A DNA stretch of 63,814 bases, filler included, from Olpidium bornovanus S191 (GCA_017911155.1; 29 parts of 29 records of this genome joined end to end with filler, not necessarily neighbours in it), one strand, 5' to 3'; numbered from the whole stretch's first letter, positions 36,238 through 47,863 are shown. Made by a program: numbers and translations. The notes: a model not told the origin generated them from the letters alone.

Positions 36238-36276
36238 AACGACAGGGGATCGAAACGTTTACCCCTGTCGTTTTTT
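36238..36276 (+). terminator. Perfect 11-bp hairpin followed by T6
   Basis: AACGACAGGGG (36238-36248) / CCCCTGTCGTT (36262-36272), 13-nt loop, TTTTTT at 36271-36276. Confidence 0.45.
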
Positions 36277-36489
36277 ATCCAGATATCCATTTTCGTATCG
36301 CTTATGCGGCCGCTCACGCCCTGATCATTTTTTACCCCAATTTTTTCACCGCTGTCTACGGCGGTCATGGAAGCAAATTATTGTGAGGTGGACGATCTGT
36401 TGAGTGACGAGCAGCACGACTCCGATGAATCCGAGTAGCCCGAGGTGAGCTCGTAATTCCAACGGACCGGAGTCCAGGATTGTGGCCAA

Positions 36490-36944
36490 GACAAAACAGG
36501 CCGTCGCCGCTACCCGGCAGAGGCAAAGCTCTGGGCACGCCCGGTCTCCGAGACGTCGGTTTACGTCCCCGGGCTGGAACGAAGTGTTAAAACTCTTATC
36601 GACTCGGGATCCAAGGTCAATCTAATGGAACAGTGGTTCCCAAAGGAGGCAGGATGAAAAATGGTTACCGACCTGGGCTGAACCTTCCACAAGGCCACTG
36701 GGAAAGAGCCAATTCTTGCTGCGGCGCCGGACGTCGTCTTCAAGGTGGTATCGGTCGAAATAAGCCACAATTTTTCTCGTGCAAGGGTCCCTTGGGTTTT
36801 CTATAATCCCCAGGCAGCCGTGGCATGCCAGGCTCAGCTATTGCAGCACCTGGAAGTGGGATGGGACCAAGATTAGTGAAGGTTACTTTTGCCGTATAAA
36901 CGCGTGGCTCATTTTGCGGCGGTTCGAGCCTTGGACCCTTGTCA
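36490..36944 (+). pseudogene. Decayed retroelement aspartic protease (retropepsin)
   Basis: RRRYPAEAKLWARPVSE..VKTLIDSGSKVNLM..AG*KMVTDLG*..; frameshifted IIPRQPW corresponds to the IILGQPW motif. Confidence 0.75.
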
Positions 36945-37162
36945 NNNNNNNNNNNNNNNNNNNNNNNNNNNNNNNNNNNNNNNNNNNNTTAATTAATTAA
37001 NNNNNNNNNNNNNNNNNNNNNNNNNNNNNNNNNNNNNNNNNNNNCGACCGTGTATCAAAAACTCGAACGGGGTCGTTCGCAGAAATATGCAGTATACAGT
37101 GCAGTTTGGAAAACGCGGATGGAGCAAATAAAATAATAAAAGGGGAGAATGCCAATATATAC

Positions 37163-38182
37163 ATGTCCCGGCCAAGCGCCGGCGGCGCTTCGGCGGGACC
37201 GCCGCCCTTGCGGGCCGAGGAATCCCTGGACAAGGCTCTGGGGGTTCCGCCGCTGGAGGCGTCCGACTGCGGCGGCATCCCCGGCGGCCTGTAAGCTCCC
37301 CTCCCCCCCCCCCGTTCTTATCTTTTTTGGTGTCGGGAAGGATCGGGATAGAGAGGCCGGTGGGCGTCGGAGCATCAGCACCAACCCCTCCCACGTCTCT
37401 GACTCGTCAACCCCTGGCAGGGCAACCGGACTCCCAGTGGTCGACGACCTTGCCGCCGCCGCCGCCGCCGCCGACGCGCCGGGCTCCGCAGAAGAAGAGG
37501 AAGAAGGCGATGCGGCTGCCCTCGTCCGCAAGCTCGCGGGGCTCGCCATCCTCGACGCCTGGATGAGGCACAAGATCGTCCTGCAGTTCACGCGGCTGAA
37601 AGAGAGCCTCTACAAAGCCGTTGAGTGTGGGGAAGAAAGGGGGTTGGGGAAGGACGGGGTGGGGGTGGTCGAAAGAGAACCTTCCGCCGGAAAACAACCC
37701 GGCGGGGGTGGGGGGGGGCCTTTTTTTCTATTTATAGTGCCGACGCCCGCGCCCTCCGGCTGCCTTTTTTTTTTCCCGAAACTTCAAGGAACAATCGCTC
37801 ACGTTCGAGGTTCTCCGGAAATTCAACCCGTGCGAAGCGGAACTGCTGAAAGAGCCCATCGTGCAGGCGCGCGTTCGCTTCCGGTGAGGAGGAGGGGAGG
37901 TGGGGAGGGAAGGAGGGCCACCTGGTGACGGGTCTTTTTTTCTGTTTTCTCTTTTTTTTTTTTTTTTTTTTTCCGCGCCTGATCTCGCGCCGCGCGGGCG
38001 AAAACGAAAACGAAAACGAAAAAAAATGTACATGAATAAACAAAAGTAAATTAAAATAATAATAATAATAATAAAGGTTGGGCGGGCAGTCGTGGCCGCC
38101 CGCGATCTACTACAAGATTTTCACCCGCGGCATGAACGTCCACTACTTCAGCGGAAGCAAGCTCATAACGGCGGGATCTCAG
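37163..38182 (+). CDS. CXorf58/C11orf65(MFI)-like protein, multi-exon, 3'-truncated
   Basis: LKESLYKA|..TFEVLRKFNPCEAELLKEPIVQARVRFR|LGGQSWPPAIYYKIFTRGMNVHYFSGSKLI matches the EAELL..RFRLGG..PP.I.(Y/F)KIF core. Confidence 0.75.
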
Positions 38183-38316
38183 GTATTGCGGAAACTCTCT
38201 CCGCTCCCCCTCTCCCCTTACACGCGCCTCGCTTTTGTTTTTGCCCGACCTGGCTAAAAGAAAAAAAGACAACCAATTTACCCCGCGACTTTTTTGTTTA
38301 CCTCCTCCCCCCCCCT

Positions 38317-38374
<58 letters not shown>

Positions 38375-40598
38375 NNNNNNNNNNNNNNNNNNNNNNNNNN
38401 NNNNNNNNNNNNNNNNNNTTAATTAATTAANNNNNNNNNNNNNNNNNNNNNNNNNNNNNNNNNNNNNNNNNNNNCATGTACGTACCCGGCTCAACCACCT
38501 TCAATCACGTTGATCAACCCCTCGTGCGACTTAGATTCCTACGACTTCCGCCATCCAAATTTTTTGACAAAGGATTTGCGCTGCCGCCCTTACTTCGATT
38601 TTGCACTCATATTTACTGCATCGTTCCCCGCACTTCAAAACCATTAACCCTCGGCGGAGGGAGAATTGTGTTTGGAGGAGCAGACGGTCGAGGCCAAGAA
38701 CGACATAGGGCAACTTGCCGGCCGCTTTGTAAAAAGAATGGTGAGGGACGGTGGCCATATCGGCAAATCCCTTCGACAACAACGGAAGAAGAGCGAGCAG
38801 CCGCCCGCAAATCTAGGGCAGCCGAGGCCGAGCGCGACGTCGGAGACCTTAAGGGGGGGGGGGGGGAAGGATCTGGAAAACGAGGCGCGGGGCCACGGCG
38901 ACTGCATCGGCAGCACTTTCGACGGCAACGGGGGAAAAGGGCGCCGAGCAGCTTGCCGCAAAAGCCAGCGGAGCGAGCGCGCACGAGGAAACAAGAAACG
39001 CTTTGCGAACCGGAGGAAGACGGGGCCTGCGCAAGAAGCAAAAAAAGACCTCGCCAAGAGCGGGACGCCTGCTGCCAGAAGCGATACGGACTCTCGGGCG
39101 TAGAAAATCGCGCACTTTGCGATTCGCGGTGCCTGCCCCAGATAGAACATATGTCCTCGCCCCGCCTTTCCGAGGTTCCGAGGTTCCGCGCCCGGGCAGC
39201 GCGTGGTTATCGCGCGCCCCTTCCAGTTCGCGGTTCCGCCCCCACCCTCCAGCGTAGCCAACCGACGCGGTTCGACGGTGACGGGTTCAACCCACCTGCG
39301 CGCCGGGGCTTCGTGATATTGTTCTGTTTTGTTGGCGCACGTGTATATTTGTCTAAATTTGTTTCCGCAGCTAGGCCGCGTGATTGGCGCGGTTCCTCTG
39401 GCAACCGCCGGCGTGCGAAGGTCGAGCTGAAGGGGCTTCCGCGCTTATACTGCACGAGTGCGCCTCGACGACTCTGCGCCTTTTTCCCCTTCACCGTCCT
39501 CTACTTTGATCTTCAAAATGCATCGCTTCAGCACAATTGCTGTATTGCCGGCGGGGGCACGGACAATGTCCCGGGGCGCGGGGGTGAAATTTCCTCCGGA
39601 TTCCTGATGCGAACGATGCCACTTCCGTTCCTCCTCCAGGCGGGCCAGGCGCCCGGCGGGCATTTACGCGAGGGCCATTTTTTTTTCTCACCCCGGCTGT
39701 GTCAGCTCCCGCTCCAAAAAGGAAACCCCCTGGGGAAGGAAGGTCGAGAAGCCGGGGAGCGAGGACGAACCACGACAACTTCGCGGCCCGCTCCCCCTTC
39801 TTCCCCCCAAAACCATTTTTCCTTCTCCGCGCACAAGACCACCTCTCCCCCTCCGCCCCGTCACCTTCTTTCCAGCCTGCGCTCCTCCGACCTCGCGCGG
39901 CCGCCTCGCGCAACTCGTCGGTCGCCGCCGCTGGCTTTTCTACGCCTCCCGGTCGCCCTCTCCAGGCGTCGGCTCCCTCCCTCCCACTCCCCTCCCCCCT
40001 TTTCCCCCCACCCCCACCCTGATTCCGCGACTCGCGAATTCCACATAGTTTTCCTTCACGGATCTTTCCGCAAAATCCATCGCCAATTTGGCTTCCATGG
40101 AAACTTAGCTCACCCGACCGTTAGCCGATTTCTGGCATCAATATTACTGTACTTAGGGAAGAGGGGAAGAGCGCCAGGGCGAGTTGGGTTGTCTGGTGCG
40201 GGGACGGGGGCAAGTGGGCGCGGCGGGAGGGAGGGGTGGAGAGGGTAAATGGAAGTCCGGGAAATTAAAGCCGACGGAAAATTCCCGTCTTCCCCCCCCC
40301 CCCCACACCACTGGCGGACTTACCCCGTCAACCAGCCAATCGGCTCCAGGAAACGCCTCGGAAATTCGACCGGCCCGCAGAGCCCCCCGCTTTTCATTGA
40401 AAATCTTGAGATGTGCGTACCGCCTCATGGGCGCCCCCGGCCGGGCTCCAGGGGAGGGAAGGGCAAGCGCGCGGGGAGGGAAAAGGAATTCCCCCTTTGA
40501 AACATAAGCCGGGGACAAGGGCCTTTTCTCGGCAAATTCGATTCGTCCCCCATTTTGCTCGCATTTCAACCCAAACCCAATTTTTTTAAATTTTTTTT

Positions 40599-40647
<49 letters not shown>

Positions 40648-40896
40648 GTTTCTCTCGTAAAATATACGTCGTCCGCTCAATCAGCTCGTGTGACCCTCGC
40701 TCCTCGCCGGTCGACCAAAAAAAAAAAAACCAGCTCGAACCGCCGTAAACCCAGCGACAGGCCGGGCCGCGTTAGGCAATCCACCTCTCTCGCCCTCCCC
40801 CAAAAACTTTCCTTTATTTATTTTTTTTGTTCCCGCTCCCCGGCTTTTCTCGTGCGAGCAAAAGAAAGAAGATAGGGGGGGGAAAAAAAAGAAAAA

Positions 40897-41140
40897 ATGC
40901 CGCCGAATCCCGGACCGGAAACGGTCGACTACCGGGTGTCGCGGCTGATCGTGCTGTGCAAAGATTGCGGGGACGATGTCGGGCTTTACCCAGCCAGGCA
41001 CAAATGCCGAGCGCCGGAGCGACCGCCGCTTCCGACTCTCGAGGTCAAGGATGGGCAGGCTGCGGGGGAGTATGCAACGTACTGGGATATGTTCAAAAAT
41101 ACCCTTTGGAGGACGAACGCCGCGGTCACCTCGGATAATG
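40897..41140 (+). CDS. Small Cys/His-motif protein, first exon; family unnamed
   Basis: MPPNPGPETVDYRVSRLIVLCKDCGDDVGLYPARHKC, then a GTGAGT donor after 41140. Confidence 0.55.
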
Positions 41141-41268
41141 GTGAGTGGATGGTTTGCCCGGATTGCGGGATGGGGAGGGGAGACGGGAGAGGGGAGGAGG
41201 GAACAACGGAGGGGACCCGCGGTGGGAATGCGTCTGCGCCTGGCTCCCCCCCCCCCCCCCCCCCCCCC

Positions 41269-41377
41269 GCCACCCGCGCGGTGCGCGCCGGCATCGACCG
41301 CGACACCGCCTTCGGCGCGGTGACCCCGCCGCTGGTGCTGTCGTCGAACTTCAGCTTCGCCGGCTTCAACGACAAGC
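41269..41377 (+). CDS. metB: Bacterial (Xanthomonadaceae-like) cystathionine gamma-synthase N-terminal fragment, probably chimeric or contaminant
   Basis: ATRAVRAGIDRDTAFGAVTPPLVLSSNFSFAGFNDK directly follows a poly-C run; near-identical to the recalled Xanthomonas/Lysobacter MetB N-terminus, with high GC3. Confidence 0.85.
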
Positions 41378-41507
41378 NNNNNNNNNNNNNNNNNNNNNNN
41401 NNNNNNNNNNNNNNNNNNNNNTTAATTAATTAANNNNNNNNNNNNNNNNNNNNNNNNNNNNNNNNNNNNNNNNNNNNCGACCAGCCGCCGCCCTCTCCAT
41501 CAGTAAG

Positions 41508-41553
<46 letters not shown>

Positions 41554-41589
41554 AACGGGGGGGAATGGGGGGGGGGGGGGAAGGGGGGG

Positions 41590-41647
<58 letters not shown>

Positions 41648-42077
41648 TTTGGCCGGTGCGGTGCTGGGCCGCCGGGTCGGATTGTCTTGGGAACATTCGT
41701 GGGTTCCGGGAGAACAAAAAAAGAAAAAAAACAGTCAAGAACGGGGCGGGGCGGGTCGGCGGCCGCTTGGATTTCTCGCTCACCTCGTCGTTTCCGCCCT
41801 CGGATTTGGTGAACTTTTGCGCGCAACCCGGGGGACACTTTTTTTTTTCGGGGGCGGGGGACTACTGGTGGGGTTGGAGTTTCCTCTCGGGCCTCTTTTT
41901 CGCTTTTTGCCATGGCAACCAAACGGCGTCCTCGGAAGAGTTTAGTTTTGTTTTTTTTTTGTTTTTTTTTTTTCCTTCGTTTTTTCCGACACCATCCCCG
42001 GTTCTCTTATTCCTTTTTTTATTTTTTCCCCTCAAAAAAATTTCGAATCTCTGAACGGAGACCCCGACGACTAAAAC

Positions 42078-42109
<32 letters not shown>

Positions 42110-42222
42110 GGGGGGAGCGATTAGACGAAGGAAACCGAGAACCTTCACCAGGAGTGAGAGGTTGAGCAGGGGGAAAAAGAAGGGGAAACGCAGCGCGGGG
42201 CACAAAAAAAAAAAAAAAGAAA

Positions 42223-42510
42223 ATGTCGACGAAGCTTGCCGCGGCGCCTCGGCAGGGCGCTGTCCCTGCGACGGCGGCGGCGGCGCCGTTTTCGTCGTCG
42301 GACGGCCTGTCGCGCGGACCTGCGCCGGTCTGGACCGGCCCGCACACGAAGTGGGCTACGGGGGACAACCGCTTCTCGTTTCCGCCCGTTCCCGGTTACA
42401 CCGGTCCGTTTCCGCCTATCCACTCGTATCCGGCTCCGTCCGCCGACGTCAAAAAGGAAGAAAAAAAAAAGGCGCCAAGGTCCCGTTTTCGGCTTCCCCT
42501 TTTGCTGACG

Positions 42511-42542
<32 letters not shown>

Positions 42543-42937
42543 TTACATCCCGCGGTCCCAGGACTACTTTGCCAAACCCTACGTGCAGACGACGTACGCC
42601 GCGCTGGCGGATTTCCAGGCGCACAAGTCGACCGGAGGACTCCCGCCCTACCTGCAGGAGGCCGTCGACACGTACGAGCGGTCCCGGCCGGCGTGCGGCG
42701 GGGTCGCGGCCGGGCCCGGGACAAAATCGCCGCCGCCGCACAACGCGGGCGCCTGGTCGGGCTGCAGGTACTACTCCAACTCGACGTCTTCTGCCACCGC
42801 CACCGCCACCACCCTGCATGGGAAGCCGAAGCCGTTCATAAGCGGGTACACGGGGTTTGTACCGCAGCTGAGGTCGCACTTCGGCGAGCCGTACGCCAAG
42901 TCCGTAAACAACGCGATCCACGACTTCCACGCCCGCA
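42223..42937 (+). CDS. FAM166/CIMIP2-like ciliary microtubule inner protein (PGYTG repeats), partial
   Basis: Spliced PPVPGYTG|YIPRSQDYFAKPY (intron 42404-42541) and a second repeat FISGYTGFVPQLRSHFGEPY. Start is uncertain. Confidence 0.75.
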
Positions 42938-43037
42938 NNNNNNNNNNNNNNNNNNNNNNNNNNNNNNNNNNNNNNNNNNNNTTAATTAATTAANNNNNNN
43001 NNNNNNNNNNNNNNNNNNNNNNNNNNNNNNNNNNNNN

Positions 43038-44070
43038 ACCATGGTTTAAGCGTGGTGAAGATTTTTGAATCCTAGATGGCAGAAGCGTCGGTGCCATATG
43101 TCGGCGTCAGGCTGGCGAACGGACAGGGTGACCCGGTGTCAGCGATAGATTTGCGCCGCCCTGCTTCGATTTGTAGACCCCTCCCCCGCCGTCGATTCAG
43201 GTTGCGTCTCTCTCGATAGCGCACGTGACCCGGTATACCCTATAGGAGACGCGCGCAGCGCGAATCGGTTCCGAACACTCGCGCGCGCAGAAAGCAAAAA
43301 AAACGAAACAAGCTCGGTATCCTCGTCATGGCCGTCGGGCCCGTCTGCTGCATTTTCCCGTCGGGGGTTCTCGTCGGAGCGGGGGCGTCGGCCACCCGCT
43401 CGGATCCAGCGGCGTCAGCCGCTGTAGTTGGGAACAGCGCGGGGCGACCAGCACGTGAAGGGAGGTCGGTGTGCAGGATCGGCAGGAGACGTGTTTTGCG
43501 ACGGATCGATTGCCGCACACGGGCGCGGCGCGCCTTGTGAACTAACGGAATCGCCCAGAGCCCCCGCGAGCCCGAGGCCGGCTCTGCCTAACTCCTGTCG
43601 CGCCGGACCACCCCGCCAGCCCGGCGGGTTGGGTCGGGCCGACACCGGTCCGGCTGTGCCTCAGCCTCCCCCAGGCGACATCAACGTCGGCGTCTGGATG
43701 GGCAACCTCGTTGAGAACGAAGAGATCCTGCGGTGTTTGGTGGCAGCGAACGATGACGGCAACACCCTTGTAAAAGAGCACGGTACTGTTTGGCTCGAAG
43801 ATGATGCGGATTCCCTGGCTGGTGGTTTTTCCGAGTGACAGAAGGGGTATGTCGAAGGTTAGGAGCATAAAGGAGTTGCATACTTTGATGGTACATTCGG
43901 GACCATGCACATGGATGGTGCCTATTCCAGCCGTCGAGGAGCCTTCATCGTCGGCGTTGGCAGTGTAAAGTTTGGTCATTTGGGAGGTATCTATAGAGCT
44001 GAAACGAGAAATTCTGGGGCCCTGTGATCAGTAGCACCGCATTGAGAAAAATCTGCATGCGGCCGTTTAT
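43038..44070 (-). mobile_element. Decayed Ty1/copia pol remnant (protease and GAG-pre-integrase)
   Basis: Frameshifted N(C)GATDH for DSGATDH; LYTAN..AGIGTI..LLSLGKTTSQGIRIIF..LFVL; IWHRRFCHLGFKNL at about 43050-43095. Confidence 0.75.
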
Positions 44071-45032
44071 GCGGACTCGATTTACCCGATTCACAACGGT
44101 GTTCAACAGAATGGCATCGGCCAGCGGGCCGGGCGCGCGTTCTGGTTCCACATCTGCGTTGACATTGTTAACTCGTNNNNNNNNNNNNNNNNNNNNNNNN
44201 NNNNNNNNNNNNNNNNNNNNTTAATTAATTAANNNNNNNNNNNNNNNNNNNNNNNNNNNNNNNNNNNNNNNNNNNNCATGTCGGCATCTCATCAAAAGTT
44301 GCTGTCCGTTAAGTTTTCGGTCGGATAGAGACGCATTTTCGGAGGGCTAAAGGCGCGTTTGACGCCGACAATGCCGGTAGCTTTGGGCACACGTTTACGG
44401 CTCGATTTCGGTCAGGCCGTGCGACGTATATTTATAAACCCGGTGCACGCCGGCATTGTGTTTTCTGCGTACAGGCCTTCTGCCCCATCGCAGGCCGATT
44501 GTCATTAACATTAGGACCTCGCCAAGGGGCTCACGATGGGTATGATGACTCTGTTTTTTTAGGCTGTGTGACGTGCGAGGTTGCGTGGGCGTGGAGGTGC
44601 GGAGGATTACGCGGAGCGGTGGTTAAGGAAACTAGCATATTTGTGTCTCGTTTTTACTTTTTTCTTTTTTTTTCTTTGGGGGGGGGGGGGGGGTTGCGAC
44701 AACGAATGCTACGATCAATCACCCCTTTTCCCGGGACGTTGGCGCCCTTTGGCGGTCTAAAAAACCGCTTCCAGGCCGAGAGGGGCGGTATCCTGCGCCG
44801 GGGATGTGTGCACGTGGCGTGACACGGCGGGCGCGAAGGACACCGTGCGGCGGGCTTCCGGAAGGTTGTCTGAAGCCCTGCCGTGGAGCGGACCTAGCCT
44901 ATGGGGCGGACTGGCGATGGCGGCGGCGACGGCCAGCTGCATGTTGCATTCTCGGGATATTTGTTTCCACGTCCGGCGGGCCCTGCGGTTTGTTGCAAGT
45001 CAGGATGACCAAAAACATTGCGGCTGTTGGGT

Positions 45033-45706
45033 TCAAAGGTCTCGTTTACATAGACGCCCGGGCGCCACTGACCTTGCGAGGGCCATCTCGGCTATTTCGA
45101 CTTTCCTTTCCCAGCTCGCTAATCGCCGGAAAGCCTCCTCCCGCTTGGCCTTCTGCACGACGTAATCCATCACCCTCGGCACCCTAAATTCGCCGATGCG
45201 TTCCTTAACTCTCCGGTTTGCCTCGGCAGCAATTGCCCTCTCCGTTCTTGCCACCACGCTCTCCTCGCCGAGCTTGACCAGCAACTGCCGCCGGGCAGCA
45301 ATATCCGACTTGAGCTTCTCAGACTCTGCGGTGAGGAGTGGCAACCGCTTCTTGTAATGGTTGAGGATCTGGACAGTGTTTGCCGCAGTGAGCTTCAGTT
45401 TCAGCAGCTCTTTGTTGCGCTCCTCGATCTTCATTTGGTAATTTTGGTTTTCGATAGTGAGCTGGTCGAAGTCGATGGCGTGCAGGACCTCGCCCATCTC
45501 CTCCTTCTGCTTCAGCTGCAAAGCCAGCTTGTTCTTGTGCACCTTCAGTGCAGTGTTCTTTAACCGTATCTTTTCCACCGTTGCGTCCTTGATGCGAAAC
45601 ACGTCAGTGTCAGCATTCAGCCGTCGGACATCTGTGTCCAAAGTCTGTGAACTGACCTTTGCCCGAATGGTGTCTTCGTAGTACCTCACGACGCGTTCCG
45701 CCATGA
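45033..45706 (-). CDS. CCDC113: CCDC113/CFAP263 ciliary coiled-coil protein, C-terminal half
   Basis: EKIRLKN..LQLKQKEEMGEVLHAIDFDQLTIENQ..KIEERNKELLKLKLTAANTVQILN..VPRVMDYV..SWERKVEIAEMA. Confidence 0.92.
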
Positions 45707-45806
45707 NNNNNNNNNNNNNNNNNNNNNNNNNNNNNNNNNNNNNNNNNNNNTTAATTAATTAANNNNNNNNNNNNNNNNNNNNNNNNNNNNNNNNNNNNNN
45801 NNNNNN

Positions 45807-46729
45807 CATGCCTTCCAAAATTTGCCAACCGATTACCCACAGCATAAGAGCATATCTCAGGTAACCGGGGGGAAAGAAGGAAGAACGACCTCTCCTACCC
45901 CACCCCCCTTTGTGATAAACACCAGGGGTCTTTACCGTGAGTCTTTGACAAATCTCGGAAAGTTGCGTTATCAGTCGTTCTTTGTAGACGAACTCCTTGC
46001 CGTCCAAGCTCTCCCCCTTGTAGCCGTAGAAGCCAACCCGGTAGAAAGTGCCCAGCATCCGCTTATTCGTCTGAACCTGCACGCGCGCGGACCGACGTCA
46101 AGGCTTTCCGCAGAGCAACGCGAATCCAATAGAGGACGACGTGTGCGATATTCACAGAACTCAAGATGTCGTCGTAGCAGATCTTGACGCTGTTGTAGAC
46201 ATCGGAGAGCTGCTGGTAAGATTTGGTCCGCTCGTACATCGGGACTTCCAGCTTGCGCGTCTCCACCGCCGTCTCGTAAAGTTGCGCCTTGCGACATCAC
46301 CCGCGTCAGTGTCGGTCAGCACCCCGGCCATCGCGCCGCGCGGCTCGGCAGACCTTTCGGAACAAGCCAAACGCCTTGTCCAAGAGCTCGATCAGTCCCT
46401 TCTCTGAAAAGGAGGCGCTTTGGCACACGCCCTCTTCGCGCTGACGCGCGCGCCGCGGGAACGAATTGGTGGTGCAGGGAACCGAGATCAATTCTCAATT
46501 TGTTGTATGGAGTGGAAGCCGCTCGTTTTCTTCTCGCCGCCCGGAACAATAGAAGGAAAAAAAAAACTTTCCCGATCCTCACCAGCTTTTGTTCCGTGAA
46601 AGCCGCGCCCGGCACGAGGGAAGGCGAGCATTGGCGGAATGCGGCGGTTCCGGCCGGACCGCAGTAACCCGGTTCCCTGATGGCAACCAGGTAATCCGAC
46701 ACCATTGCTGCAGCTTGAAGCACACACAA
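45807..46729 (-). CDS. DOCK-C/D (Zir/zizimin) family GEF, DHR-2 fragment
   Basis: [19 protein letters not shown]|..[22 protein letters not shown]..|[34 protein letters not shown]. Confidence 0.88.
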
Positions 46730-47863
46730 CGCCGCTTCTGCGAAATTCAGCGCCTAACTCGACGCCCGGGAAACGACAGAGTCGCGGGATGAGATTTTTC
46801 GGGTGACGGGGAAAGCCTAATCCACCTCCCTTCCCCCCCCCCNNNNNNNNNNNNNNNNNNNNNNNNNNNNNNNNNNNNNNNNNNNNTTAATTAATTAANN
46901 NNNNNNNNNNNNNNNNNNNNNNNNNNNNNNNNNNNNNNNNNNCATGTAGTTAAATCAGGCTTCACGGTTAGGGAAAAAGAAAAGATTTGAAAGTGACCCC
47001 GACGGCAGGCGGCGCACAATTACATATATTTATTCCATTGAATAGTATATTACATTGGGTGATATCAGTATAAATAGGACCGGTGGCGGGATCACGACCG
47101 GTTCTGCCAACACGGGATTTTTGCGCGTAAGAGGGAAGTAAGGGAAGACAACAACCGTGGGAATCTTTTTTTTTCGAATTTTTTTTATGGCTATAGAAAA
47201 ACCAGACATACTTATTCCCAAGGTAAACCGCGGATCTAGTCAAAATCTAGCCATTTCTTTTTTATATATATATGATGAATGCATTCCACTTTACATTTAA
47301 CTGCGGATGAAAGGGTTCAACTCCGTTTAGCATTAATTTATAATTAGCATCGAATGGCATATAATTAGGTATGAATTAAGCTCAACATTATTGGTTCAAC
47401 TCCAAGTTAGGGATTTACATTCACTATAAAATGGGGGGCTGTTGGGGTGGGGAGGCGGGGTGTCTGCGAAGATTTTGTCAGAAAACGTGTTCGCTGAGAT
47501 GTCACGCGCTGCTCTCGCGCTTTTTTCAAATCCCGGAGAACGGCAAATATTTTGACGTTTATCTCAAAAGTTGTTGGTCAGGCGCCCACCACAAAGATCG
47601 CGCATTCGTTTTTTTTTGCGTTTTTTTTTTTTCTTTTCCAAAGCACCCAAATTCAACACTATTGCGTCGTACTTGCGGGTCCTCACGTGACCGACGCGAA
47701 ACACCACCCGCTTTTCCCGGCCGCTCTCCCCGCCCCCGGCCGGCTTTTTAACTTCACAGCCGCTTCCTTTTACCCTTCCAATCCTTCCCACCCTTCACCT
47801 CCTCGGGCGGCAAAGTAACGGCGGCTTCGAAAACCGGCGCGCCGGCCGGGGACAGGGGCGAAA

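Noticed and set aside
38531-38782. Possible PIN-domain fragment (LPYVVLGLDRL)
   Set aside because: It lacks the conserved acidic residue and any other supporting motif.
38476-40248. 590-aa ORF
   Set aside because: It has no recognisable domain, runs through low-complexity and homopolymer tracts, and resembles a GC-rich stop-poor frame.
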